Positions 43,429 to 52,231 of a stretch of DNA of 64,000 bases are shown piece by piece (position 1 is the stretch's first letter; each line of letters begins with the position of its first letter). The notes beneath the pieces are model-generated. The model made no database searches. It saw only the letters and a program-made list of their open reading frames with translations, and was not told where the DNA came from. The position numbers and the translations under genes were made by a program. The stretch lies in NCBI GenBank assembly GCA_041916535.1, contig JAYRZG010000007.1, positions 41,216 through 105,215 on the forward strand, read 5' to 3'. This stretch comes from Fuscovulum sp. (GTDB lineage: Bacteria; Pseudomonadota; Alphaproteobacteria; Rhodobacterales; Rhodobacteraceae).

Positions 43429-44351
43429 GGGGTTGCTCCAAAGGGCCATGTGTTGCGGGCAAAGGCGGAGATGGTGTCGGTGATCAGCGCAAAGCTTTGC
43501 GCCGCGCGCGGCACGGTGGCGCGGGCGCGCAGATAGCCGTGGACCAGGCCGGTTGCGGTGACGGCATGGGCGCGGCCCCCGGCCCGCGTGATCGCTTCGG
43601 CATAGGCGGGCGCGTCGTCATGCAGCGGGTCGCATTCCGCGCCGATGGCCAGGGTCATCGGCAAGCGGCTGAAATCGGTGTCCTGCAAGGGTGACACTGT
43701 CGGGTCGCCCGGCGCGGGCGCCACGCCGCCGTGGCGGATTCCGGCATAGAAATCCAGGTCGTCCCTGGTCAGCATCGGTGCATGGGCATGGCTCATATAG
43801 CTGCCCTTCGTCCTGTCGCCGCCAAGGCCCGGATAGATCAGCACCTGCCCCAGAATGCGGGGATCGCGCAGGGCGTGCGCGGCGGCGGCGCAGAGATTGC
43901 CGCCCGCGCTGTCGCCCGCGAGAACCAGAGGCCCAGGTACGGCACGGATCGCGGCGACCACATCGTCGAAGGCGGACGGATGCGGATGCTCCGGTGCCAG
44001 CCGGTAATCGACCGAAATCACTGTCAGCCCGGTCGTGCCCCGGATCTCGGCGCAGACATCGTCATGGCTGTGCAAGCCGCCGACGACATAGCCGCCGCCA
44101 TGGCAATAGATCACGGTGGCCGGCCCCGCGCCCGGGTAGCGGCGGCAGGGAACGCCCGCGATCGCCTCGTCCACAGCCGTCACCCCAGCCGGATAGCCAC
44201 GAAAGAAGGCCCGGCACATGCGGTCATAGATGCGGCGCTGATCGGCCACCGTCAGCGTGGCGGTATCGGGCGGATAGGCGTCATCGGTGGCGCGGATGAA
44301 GGTCCAGGTCGGGGCGTCGATAAGGGCTTGGTAATCGGGCGCTGTCATCAT
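43425..44351 (-). CDS. Alpha/beta hydrolase (HSL-type esterase/lipase)
   Basis: ORF trimmed to MMTAPDY. It has the oxyanion motif HGGGYVVGG and the nucleophile motif GDSAGG. Confidence 0.85.
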   Translation of the reverse strand: MMTAPDYQALIDAPTWTFIRATDDAYPPDTATLTVADQRRIYDRMCRAFFRGYPAGVTAVDEAIAGVPCRRYPGAGPATVIYCHGGGYVVGGLHSHDDVCAEIRGTTGLTVISVDYRLAPEHPHPSAFDDVVAAIRAVPGPLVLAGDSAGGNLCAAAAHALRDPRILGQVLIYPGLGGDRTKGSYMSHAHAPMLTRDDLDFYAGIRHGGVAPAPGDPTVSPLQDTDFSRLPMTLAIGAECDPLHDDAPAYAEAITRAGGRAHAVTATGLVHGYLRARATVPRAAQSFALITDTISAFARNTWPFGATP

Positions 44352-44531
44352 GGGTCCAGGCTTGGCGGTCGGTTCACTCTGCGCCCTTTCGCCGGGTCGG
44401 GCAACGGGGCCGGGAAGGAGGGCGGAAATAAGGCGGCATCGCACCAGCAATTCCCGAATTCCCCCTCAATATTAACCAACTCGACCTGCAAGATCTGTCC
44501 AGCCCCAAAAGCCGGGCCAAGGAGACGCAAC

Positions 44532-44963
44532 ATGCAGTTCACCCGTGACTTCGACACCGACCAGGCGCTGCCCGTCGGCTGGGGCGTGCGCGTCCTTGTG
44601 CTGGCGGAAAGCGAGGCTGCGCCGCTGGTGTCGCGGGTGGCGGCCCTGGGTGGCCCGGTCGAGGTGGAGACAGAGCTTTACGCCGCCTTGGCGGCAATGA
44701 TCGACGATCCGGGCGGTTACGGGCTGTTCGTGATGGATTGCGATGCGTTCGGCGGGGGCGAGGCCGGGGCCCTGGCCCGCCGGACCCTGGCAGCGGTCCA
44801 GTCGCGCGTGCCGATGATCCTGCTTTGCGCCGAGCATGATCGCCATGATTTCCCGCAAGAGCGCAATGCGCCGGTGACCCTGCGCACCCCGGTGTCGACG
44901 GTCAGCCTGAAGGTCGGCTTCGAACACGCCCTGCGCGACCGGCTGGCCTGGCGCGCGGCCTGA
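44532..44963 (+). CDS. Hypothetical protein with degenerate response-regulator receiver-like sequence
   Basis: This is the C-terminal 143 codons of track ORF 43731-44963, with ATG 44532 after AAGGAGA. It has the CheY-like beta-strand pattern RVLVLAESE / LFVMDCD / PMILLCAE. Confidence 0.45.
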   Translation: MQFTRDFDTDQALPVGWGVRVLVLAESEAAPLVSRVAALGGPVEVETELYAALAAMIDDPGGYGLFVMDCDAFGGGEAGALARRTLAAVQSRVPMILLCAEHDRHDFPQERNAPVTLRTPVSTVSLKVGFEHALRDRLAWRAA

Positions 44964-44978
44964 TCCTGCGGAAACTGA

Positions 44979-45010
44979 AAAGGGGCGCGGCCTTGCGGCT
45001 GCGCCCCTTT
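44979..45010. terminator. Bidirectional intrinsic terminator between the receiver-like gene and cspA
   Basis: AAAGGGGCGC-(ggccttgcggct)-GCGCCCCTTT. It is a 10-bp GC-rich stem flanked by an A-run upstream and a T-run downstream, and it sits between convergent stops at 44963 and 45030. Confidence 0.75.
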
Positions 45011-45029
45011 CGATTCGTCCAAGCGAAGC

Positions 45030-45236
45030 TTAGGCGAGGGCGAGGTTGGTCGCCGACTCGCGGCCGTCACGGCCGGCTTCGATGTCGAAGGTCACGGCCT
45101 GGCCGTCCTTCAGGCTGCGCAGACCGGCACGCTCCAGGGCGGTGATGTGGACGAACACGTCCTTCTTGCCGCCTTCCGGAGCGATGAAGCCATAGCCCTT
45201 CGTTTCGTTGAACCATTTCACGGTGCCCTTGGCCAT
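45030..45236 (-). CDS. cspA: Cold-shock protein (CspA family)
   Basis: 68 aa: MAKGTVKWFNETKGYGFIAPEGGKKDVFVH. It carries the RNP1/RNP2 motifs (KGYGFI, VFVH). Confidence 0.93.
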   Translation of the reverse strand: MAKGTVKWFNETKGYGFIAPEGGKKDVFVHITALERAGLRSLKDGQAVTFDIEAGRDGRESATNLALA

Positions 45237-45350
45237 CGTGATTCTCCTCTGAATGCCACCCGCGGAAGTGCGGCGGCCCGGCGCAGTCAGCTGTGGTCGA
45301 TGCTGTGCCGAAGATCGGAGACAGGTCGAAAGAGATAACGTCGCGCGGCA

Positions 45351-45379
45351 GATATTGCTGAAACCAAGCGGAAAATCAA
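45351..45379 (-). promoter_or_regulatory. Candidate promoter of cspA with a long 5' leader
   Basis: On the minus strand it reads TTGATT-N17-AATATC. This would give a leader of roughly 100 nt, consistent with the long 5' UTRs known for csp genes. Confidence 0.35.
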
Positions 45380-45484
45380 GCCTTGGCGCTTTTGCGGGGG
45401 TGACCGGCCCTTTGGCATCGCGGCCGAACCCGGCCGGGTGGTGCGGCTGGACGCCCATCCCCGGCTTTGGGCCGATCGCTTTGG

Positions 45485-45679
45485 TCAGGCCGAAAGCGGG
45501 TGGGCCAAGGCGCGAAGGTCATCGGCTTTGGCATCGCAGGCAAGGCCGAGGCCCATCCCGATCACGCCGCCGCCGCACCACAGAGCAAGCCCGGCGACCG
45601 GCCCATAACCGAGGGCAATGGCCGCGAGGCCAAGGGCGAAGCCGCCAACACTTCCAAGGATCACAAGAACAGAAGCCAT
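45485..45679 (-). CDS. Small Gly-rich membrane protein (64 aa), hypothetical
   Basis: ATG preceded by GGGAGG. It has two predicted hydrophobic helices. No recognised family. Confidence 0.45.
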   Translation of the reverse strand: MASVLVILGSVGGFALGLAAIALGYGPVAGLALWCGGGVIGMGLGLACDAKADDLRALAHPLSA

Positions 45680-45807
45680 GGTTTGAACCTCCCGATAGCA
45701 CGATCTTGCGCTGTATGAGGTGGCGGAACTGTGGCGGTGTCGGGACAGTATTGTGAGTGGTTAACGCCAGCCGCCCGACCGACGTTATCCGTTTGGTGGC
45801 AGACCGA

Positions 45808-45885
45808 TCAGAACACGTCGGTCAGGTAGAGAAGGATGATGATCGGGATCGGGATGCCGATGACCCAGGCGAGGATGCCTTTCAT
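45808..45885 (-). CDS. Very small hydrophobic peptide (25 aa), hypothetical
   Basis: MKGILAWVIGIPIPIIILLYLTDVF. The ATG at 45885 is preceded by AGGAGC at good spacing, and there is a single TM helix. Confidence 0.4.
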   Translation of the reverse strand: MKGILAWVIGIPIPIIILLYLTDVF

Positions 45886-46021
45886 AGTGCCGCTCCTGAA
45901 ATGGTTGGGTTTCCCGGCAAACGCATCGCGGGGGCTGGCGGTTCCGCATCGCGTCGGCGGCGATTTCGCCTGTGGTGAAGGCGGCAAGCGCGCAATTGCC
46001 TCTGCGGGGCGATTGCGCGGT

Positions 46022-46942
46022 CTACGGGCAGCGGGGCGGCCTGTCCGGTCTGGCAAGGTAATCGCTGATTCGATCGATCAGCGCTGGCTGCGATTGCAGC
46101 ACCAGATGGCCGCCCTCGGGCAGCACGCAGAGATCGGCCCCAAGCGCCTGGGCCAGCGCGCGGACTTGGGGCAGGGGGAAGACCGGGTCCCGCTCGCCAT
46201 GGAAAATGGCGATGCGGGCACCGCTGTGGCGGGCCGCGTCGGACAGGGTCCACAGGAGAAGCGCCCAGGATTGCGCCTTGCCCCTGCCGCCGCCGGGCGT
46301 CTCGATCTGGTCGCGCAGGCGGCGGACGAGCTCTTCGGCCCGGGCGCGCTTCTCGGGCGAGGCGCGCCAGCCTTTGCCGAACCAGAGCGTCTTGAAATAA
46401 TCCTCCCAGATCGGCTGCCAGCCGAAGGAGCCGGTGGCGATGGCCGATCCGGCGACCTGAAACCCGCCGCGCAGGGCGGCCAGCGCCGCGCCGGGGAAGG
46501 GCGTGGCGGGCGAGACGGCGGCGATGGTGACGCGGGACGGGTTGTCGATCAGGGGCGCGGCCTCGAAGGCGATGGCGGCGCCGGTGGAATAGGCCAGAAG
46601 GTTGATCCGGGCGTTTGGGTGCAGGTTCGCCTGCGCCGCGATCCAGGCGGCGGCGCCTTCGATGGTCAGGCGCGGATGAACCGGCTGGCCTTGCATTCCG
46701 GGCAGGCGGTACTCGATCACCGGATGGCGGGCATCGCCCCAGCCCGGCGCCGGGCCGAAGACGGCCGAAGTGGTCAGCGCGCCGGGCAGCAGGAAGGTCA
46801 GGCTTTCCGGCCGGGCGGCGGGGGCCGGGGTCAGGACATGCAGGGGCGAGGGGGCAGGCGCCCTGGCCGCAGGCGCACAGGCCGCAAGGGCGGCCGCAAG
46901 GGCAAGGGCCGCGCCCCGAAGGACAAGGGGAATCGATGCCAT
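46022..46942 (-). CDS. Alpha/beta hydrolase-fold lipoprotein
   Basis: 306 aa. It has a signal peptide with lipobox LAAC, a nucleophile-elbow-like AYSTGA and a C-terminal GGHLV. Confidence 0.65.
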   Translation of the reverse strand: MASIPLVLRGAALALAAALAACAPAARAPAPSPLHVLTPAPAARPESLTFLLPGALTTSAVFGPAPGWGDARHPVIEYRLPGMQGQPVHPRLTIEGAAAWIAAQANLHPNARINLLAYSTGAAIAFEAAPLIDNPSRVTIAAVSPATPFPGAALAALRGGFQVAGSAIATGSFGWQPIWEDYFKTLWFGKGWRASPEKRARAEELVRRLRDQIETPGGGRGKAQSWALLLWTLSDAARHSGARIAIFHGERDPVFPLPQVRALAQALGADLCVLPEGGHLVLQSQPALIDRISDYLARPDRPPRCP

Positions 46943-47087
46943 GATGGCATCCTGCCCGGATCGGGAGTTTGGGGGAAGGGCGGGGTCTTGCGCATTCTGG
47001 CACAGCTTGCGGCCCCGGTAGCTGTCGTCAGGCTTGCTATGGAAAAGAGGCGCTCGTAGTCTTTTGCCTTGTCGATTGGAGGTGCAA

Positions 47088-47390
47088 ATGCCGATTGATT
47101 TCAGAACATTCTTCAGGGTCTTCTCGACGACGATATTCTTTCAACTTGTCATGGTCTGGGCAGCATTAGCCACGCTGGTCTTTGTGTCCGCCGTGCTTTA
47201 CGCACTTTCGGTCGATTTTCGCTGGGCGGTGGCGCTGGACTTTCTTGAGCTTGCTCTTGGACTTCGCGATGGCCAGCCCTTGCAGGGTGCTTTCTCAATG
47301 GCCTTCGGGTTTCTGGGCGAGATTTACTTCTTGATGATCACTGGAATATTCGTCGCAGCCGCAATCAATTCGCTCAACGCATCAGCATAG
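47088..47390 (+). CDS. Hypothetical small membrane protein (100 aa) in low-GC islet
   Basis: ATG 47088 after GGAGGT. It has two or three hydrophobic helices. No recognised family. Local G+C is visibly lower than the flanks. Confidence 0.5.
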   Translation: MPIDFRTFFRVFSTTIFFQLVMVWAALATLVFVSAVLYALSVDFRWAVALDFLELALGLRDGQPLQGAFSMAFGFLGEIYFLMITGIFVAAAINSLNASA

Positions 47391-47666
47391 GTGACGGGAA
47401 TGGATGAAGAGACGTTGCGCCAAATCGTTCGCGAGGCCGTATTCGATGCCTTGAGTGATATCTTTGCAAAGGACCGGGCAGCATCGGAAAGCCCCGATGA
47501 CGCCGAGGATCATTACAGGGAGCTGGGCCAAGAAGTGCGGCGACTGAAGACCCTGAACATGGCCTATGCGATGCAGATCAATCGTCTTGGCGCCTTCGGC
47601 CCTTCCTGCAACTATGACAAGAAGACGGTCGCGGAGATCAAGACAAACACGGACCGCATTCCCTGA
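47391..47666 (+). CDS. Hypothetical soluble protein (about 88-91 aa) in low-GC islet
   Basis: It begins directly after the upstream TAG (GTG 47391 or ATG 47400). The sequence is acidic, helical-looking and Lys/Glu-rich. No recognised family. Confidence 0.45.
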   Translation: MTGMDEETLRQIVREAVFDALSDIFAKDRAASESPDDAEDHYRELGQEVRRLKTLNMAYAMQINRLGAFGPSCNYDKKTVAEIKTNTDRIP

Positions 47667-47706
47667 TCCCCTCGCCCCGGACCGATTGCGAACGGTTGCC
47701 CGCGCC

Positions 47707-49362
47707 CTACCTCGTGAACTTCTTGTACTTCACCCGCTTCGGTTCCACCGAATCCGGCCCCAGGCGGCGGATCTTGTCCTGTTCATAGGCGTCGAAATTG
47801 CCCTCGAAGAACTCGACATGGGCGTCGCCTTCGAACGCCAGGATATGGGTGCAGAGCCGGTCAAGGAAGAAGCGGTCGTGCGAGATGATCACCGCGCAGC
47901 CGGCGAAGGCCTCGATCGCGGCTTCCAGCGCCTGCAGGGTTTCCACGTCCAGATCGTTGGTCGGTTCGTCAAGCAGCAGGACGTTGCCGCCCGATTTCAA
48001 CAGCTTGGCCATGTGCACGCGGTTGCGTTCGCCGCCCGACAGGATGCCGACCTTCTTCTGCTGGTCAGAGCCCTTGAAGTTGAAGGAGGAGCAATAGGCC
48101 CGGCTGTTCACCTCGGCATCGCCCAGAACGACGATGTCCAGCTCGTCCGAGATTTCCTGCCAGACGTTCTTGTTGGGGTCCAGCGCATCGCGCGACTGGT
48201 CGACATAGGAAAGCTGCACGGTCTCGCCCAGGGTGATCGTGCCGGTATCGGGCTTTTCGGCGCCGGTGATCATCTTCATCAGCGTCGATTTGCCGGCGCC
48301 GTTCGGGCCGATCACGCCGATGATGCCGCCGGGGGGCAGCATGAAGGACAGGTTCTCGATCAACTGCTTGTCGCCCATCGCCTTCGAGACATTCTCGAAC
48401 TCGATGACCTTGGAGCCAAGGCGCGGCCCGTGCGGGATGATGATCTGGGCCTTGCCGACCAGTTCCTTGACCGACTCGTCCGCCAGCTTCTCGTAAGCGC
48501 TGATCCGGGCCTTGGACTTGGCCTGACGGGCCTTGGCGCCCGCACGGATCCATTCCAGTTCCTTTTCCAGAACCTTCTGCTTGGCCTTGTCTTCGCGGGC
48601 CTCCTGTTCCAGCCGCTTGGCCTTGGCATCGAGCCACGAGGAATAGTTGCCCTCATGCGGCAGGCCGCGGCCACGTTCCAGCTCAAGAATCCAGGTGGTG
48701 ATGTCATCCAGGAAATAGCGGTCGTGGGTGACGGTCAGGATCGTGCCCTTGTAGTCGATCAGGTGCTTTTGCAGCCAGGCGATCGTTTCGGCGTCAAGGT
48801 GGTTGGTCGGTTCGTCGAGCAGCAGCATGTCCGGCTCTTCGAGCAAGAGCTTGCACAGCGCGACGCGGCGGCGCTCGCCGCCCGACAGAGTGGACACATC
48901 GGCATCGTCGGGCGGGCAGCGCAGGGCTTCCATCGCGATGTCCACCTGGCTGTCCAGGTCCCAGAGGTTCTGGGCGTCGATCTCGTCCTGAAGACGCGCC
49001 ATTTCCTCGGCGGTCTCGTCGGAGTAGTTCATCGCCAGTTCGTTGTAGCGGTCCAGTTTGGCGGTCTTGGACTTGACGCCTTCCATGACGTTGCCGCGCA
49101 CGTTGAGCTGTTCGTCCAGTTGCGGTTCCTGCGGCAGATAGCCCACGGTCGCGCCCTTGGCGGCCCAGGCCTCGCCCTGGTAATCCTTGTCCCAGCCCGC
49201 CATGACGCGCAGGAGGGTGGATTTCCCGGCGCCGTTGACGCCGACGACACCGATCTTCACGCCGGGCAGGAAGTTCAGGCGGATGTTCTCGAACACCTTC
49301 TTCCCGCCGGGATAGGTCTTGGTCACGCCGTCCATGTGATAGACATATTGATAGCTGGCCAT
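47707..49362 (-). CDS. ettA: Energy-dependent translational throttle protein EttA (ABC-F)
   Basis: 551 aa. The N-terminus MASYQYVYHMDGVTKTYPGGKKV is characteristic. It has two ABC cassettes (GVNGAGKST, GPNGAGKST). Confidence 0.93.
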   Translation of the reverse strand: MASYQYVYHMDGVTKTYPGGKKVFENIRLNFLPGVKIGVVGVNGAGKSTLLRVMAGWDKDYQGEAWAAKGATVGYLPQEPQLDEQLNVRGNVMEGVKSKTAKLDRYNELAMNYSDETAEEMARLQDEIDAQNLWDLDSQVDIAMEALRCPPDDADVSTLSGGERRRVALCKLLLEEPDMLLLDEPTNHLDAETIAWLQKHLIDYKGTILTVTHDRYFLDDITTWILELERGRGLPHEGNYSSWLDAKAKRLEQEAREDKAKQKVLEKELEWIRAGAKARQAKSKARISAYEKLADESVKELVGKAQIIIPHGPRLGSKVIEFENVSKAMGDKQLIENLSFMLPPGGIIGVIGPNGAGKSTLMKMITGAEKPDTGTITLGETVQLSYVDQSRDALDPNKNVWQEISDELDIVVLGDAEVNSRAYCSSFNFKGSDQQKKVGILSGGERNRVHMAKLLKSGGNVLLLDEPTNDLDVETLQALEAAIEAFAGCAVIISHDRFFLDRLCTHILAFEGDAHVEFFEGNFDAYEQDKIRRLGPDSVEPKRVKYKKFTR

Positions 49363-49435
49363 CTGGTGCTCCTGTCGCGGGTTGGCGCTGATCTAGCGGG
49401 CCGGGACCAAAGCTGCAACTGCTGCGGCGGAGGAT

Positions 49436-49897
49436 TCAGAGGTCTTTGCCGAACCAATGCGTCGCGGGAAAGCCGGTATAGGCCGGGATCGCGGCCCAGC
49501 CCGAACCTTGGTAAAGCGCGATGGCGGCGGGCAGGGCGGCGTTGGTGTCGAGGACCAGCCGCGTGTAGCCCAAAGCGCGGGCGCGGGTCTCGATATCCTG
49601 CATGAGGTGGCGGGCAAGGCCCTGACCCCGGGCCTCGGGCGCGATCCAGAGCCGCTTCACCTCGGCCATGCCCGGCGCATGGGCGCGCAGCGACACGCAG
49701 CCCAGCGTCCGGTCGCCCTGCCGCGCCAGCCGGAAAGCGCCCGAGGGCGGGCGGTAATCGGCGGCATCGTAAAGGGGCAGGCCAGGCGGGGCGAGGCCGG
49801 GGATCACCTGGGCGAGCAGGTCGAAATAGGCCGCAAGGCAGGCCTGTGCGGGCGGATCATCGGGGTCGGCATCGTGGAAGGTCGTGGCCGTGTCCAT
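49436..49897 (-). CDS. GNAT family N-acetyltransferase
   Basis: This is the C-terminal 153 codons of track ORF 49436-50503. It has the acetyl-CoA-binding motif (RLWIAPEARGQGLARHLM). Confidence 0.8.
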   Translation of the reverse strand: MDTATTFHDADPDDPPAQACLAAYFDLLAQVIPGLAPPGLPLYDAADYRPPSGAFRLARQGDRTLGCVSLRAHAPGMAEVKRLWIAPEARGQGLARHLMQDIETRARALGYTRLVLDTNAALPAAIALYQGSGWAAIPAYTGFPATHWFGKDL

Positions 49898-50003
49898 GGC
49901 GGAGAGGGTGCAGAAGGCCGGGCCTGCGTCAAGCGGGGTGACTTGACTTTCCCCCGGCACACAAGGACCAAGACGCAGGGGACCGGGAAGGCGAGAAAGA
50001 CTT

Positions 50004-50600
50004 ATGCGGCAGGGCTTTCCTTTGGCGCGGCGGGGCATGGTGGTGGGCCTGTTGGGCGGGTCTTTCGATCCGGCGCATGAGGGCCATGTCCTGATCACGC
50101 GCGAAGCCCTGAAACGGATGGGGCTGGACCGGGTGTGGTGGCTGGTCACGCCGGGCAACCCGTTGAAGCCGCGCCCGCCCGCGCCGCTGGCCGACCGTCT
50201 GGCCCATGCGCGGGCGATCATGCGGCATCCGCGGGTCGAGATCACGGCGCTGGAGGCCGAGTTGGGGACCAACCTCACCGCCGAGACGGTGCGAAGGCTC
50301 AAGGCGCTGTATCCCGGCGTCACCTTTGTCTGGCTGATGGGGGCGGACAATCTGGTGCAGTTCCACCGCTGGTCGCGTTGGCGGCAGATCATGCAGGAAG
50401 TGCCGGTGGGCGTGCTGGCGCGGCCGGGCTCAGGCCTCAGGGCGCGTCTGTCGGTGGCGGCGCAGGTCTTTCGCGGCAACCGGCTGCGGCGGGGCGAAAG
50501 CATCGCGCTGAAACGCCCGCCGGCCTGGGTTTTCGTGAATGTGCCGATGAACGACGCCTCGTCGAGCGAGATCCGTGCGCGGGGCGGCTGGCGGCGCTAG
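50004..50600 (+). CDS. nadD: Nicotinate-nucleotide adenylyltransferase
   Basis: [11 protein letters not shown] (the H/T-x-G-H motif of cytidylyltransferase-like enzymes). An alternative start lies at 50037. Confidence 0.88.
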   Translation: MRQGFPLARRGMVVGLLGGSFDPAHEGHVLITREALKRMGLDRVWWLVTPGNPLKPRPPAPLADRLAHARAIMRHPRVEITALEAELGTNLTAETVRRLKALYPGVTFVWLMGADNLVQFHRWSRWRQIMQEVPVGVLARPGSGLRARLSVAAQVFRGNRLRRGESIALKRPPAWVFVNVPMNDASSSEIRARGGWRR

Positions 50601-50685
50601 ATCACGGCTTCGCGCGTGGCGTGTGGTGGCGAATCGGGTATCACGGGCGGGAAACGGCAGGGGGATACGACATGGGGATTCGGGC

Positions 50686-52167
50686 GTGATCACACGGCGC
50701 GGCATGATGGCGGGGCTTCTGGCGGGGGCGGCTTTGCCCGCCTGGGCCGAGGGGATTGACCGTTCGCCCCGGCCGATGCCGCGCCCGGCCGGGGGCAAGG
50801 GCGCCGCAGGCTCGGCAGGGGCCGCCGTCAAGGATGCCGAGGCGCTGGTCGCGGCGGCCAAGCTGGGCGGATCGGTCGGCTTCATCGTTCTGGATGCCAC
50901 GACCGGCGCGGTGCTTGAGGCGCGCGATGCCGCAAAGGCGCTGCCGCCCGCCTCGGTCGCCAAGGCCGTCACCTCGCTTTTCGCGCTGGAGCGGCTGGGG
51001 GCCGGGCATCGCTATGCGACCCGCGTGCTGGCGACCGGGCCGGTCGAGGCCGGCACGCTGCGCGGCGATCTGGTGCTTCTGGGCGGCGGCGATCCGACCT
51101 TGCAGACCGACCAGCTGGGCGATCTGGTGGCGCGGCTGGCCAAGGCGGGGCTGAAGCGGGTCGAGGGGCGGTTCCTGGCCGCCGATGGCGCGCTGCCGCG
51201 GATGGAGGCCATTGCCGAGGACCAGCCGGTGCAGGTGGGCTACAACCCGGCGCTTTGCGGGCTGAACCTGAATTTCAACCGGGTCTATTTCGAGTGGAAG
51301 AAGGCGGGCGGCGACTGGGCGGTCAGCATGGATGCGCGCGGCGAACGATTTGTGCCCGCCGTCGATCTGGCGCGGATGCAGGTGGTGCGGCGCGAGACGC
51401 CCTTGTTCACCTACAAACGCAACCGCGACCATGAGGACTGGACGGTCGCCTCGGGTGCCTTGGGCAAGGGCGGCAGCCGCTGGTTGCCGGTGCGCCAGCC
51501 GGGGCTTTACACGGCAGAGGTCTTCCAGACGCTTGCCCGGGCGCAGGGCATTGCCCTGCCCGCGCCGGAAATGGTGGCGGCCGCGCCTGCGGGCACCGAG
51601 ATCGGAAGGGTCGAAAGCGACGCCCTGCCCGAAGTGCTGCGCGAGATGCTGAAATTCTCGACCAATATCACCGCCGAATGCAACGGACTGGCGGCCAGCG
51701 GGGCCGACAGTCTGGCGGCCTCGGGCGCTGCGATGACCGACTGGGTGGACCGGACCTTCGGCGTGACGGCGCGCTTCGTCGACCATTCCGGCCTGGGCGG
51801 CGCCTCGCGGATTTCGGCGCAGGACATGGCGGCGATCCTGCTGGCGGCGCATCGCCAGGGGCGCGGGCTGAAGCCGATCCTGCGCGATGTCGGCATGAAG
51901 GACGACAAGGGCGCGGTGATCACGGGCCATCCGGTGAAGGTGGTGGCCAAGTCGGGCACGCTGAACTTCGTCTCGGCGCTGGCGGGGCATATCAGCCCTC
52001 CGGGGGGCCGCGAGATGATCTTCGCCATCTTCACCGGCGACCCGGCCCGCCGCGACGCCGTGCCGGTGGCCGCAAGGGAACACCCCGAGGGGGTAGAGGC
52101 CTGGATCAAACGGTCCCGGCGTCTGCAGGGGCAGCTGGTGAGCCGCTGGGCGGGGGTTTGGGGGTAG
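50686..52167 (+). CDS. dacB: D-alanyl-D-alanine carboxypeptidase/endopeptidase (PBP4, S13 family)
   Basis: ORF 50575-52167 trimmed to GTG 50686 (an alternative ATG lies at 50704), giving a Tat-like signal (TRRGMMAGLLAGAALPAWA). It has SxxK (PASVAK) and KSGT (AKSGTL) motifs. Confidence 0.85.
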   Translation: MITRRGMMAGLLAGAALPAWAEGIDRSPRPMPRPAGGKGAAGSAGAAVKDAEALVAAAKLGGSVGFIVLDATTGAVLEARDAAKALPPASVAKAVTSLFALERLGAGHRYATRVLATGPVEAGTLRGDLVLLGGGDPTLQTDQLGDLVARLAKAGLKRVEGRFLAADGALPRMEAIAEDQPVQVGYNPALCGLNLNFNRVYFEWKKAGGDWAVSMDARGERFVPAVDLARMQVVRRETPLFTYKRNRDHEDWTVASGALGKGGSRWLPVRQPGLYTAEVFQTLARAQGIALPAPEMVAAAPAGTEIGRVESDALPEVLREMLKFSTNITAECNGLAASGADSLAASGAAMTDWVDRTFGVTARFVDHSGLGGASRISAQDMAAILLAAHRQGRGLKPILRDVGMKDDKGAVITGHPVKVVAKSGTLNFVSALAGHISPPGGREMIFAIFTGDPARRDAVPVAAREHPEGVEAWIKRSRRLQGQLVSRWAGVWG

Positions 52168-52231
52168 AAACCCGGCAGCCGCCGCAAACACTTCTTGAAC
52201 ACTCTTTGCCAACACTGCACAAATAGAGAAC

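Noticed and set aside
43731-44963. 410-aa plus-strand ORF overlapping the esterase gene
   Set aside because: The first roughly 267 codons are antisense to a well-supported alpha/beta hydrolase. Only the terminal 143 codons, downstream of an AAGGAGA RBS and outside the esterase gene, were kept as a possible CDS.
46998-47010. Sigma54-like TGGCAC...TTGC upstream of the low-GC islet
   Set aside because: The spacing is TGGCAC-N3-TTGC, whereas the -24/-12 consensus needs N5 between these blocks (GG and GC one helical turn apart). It is most likely a chance match.
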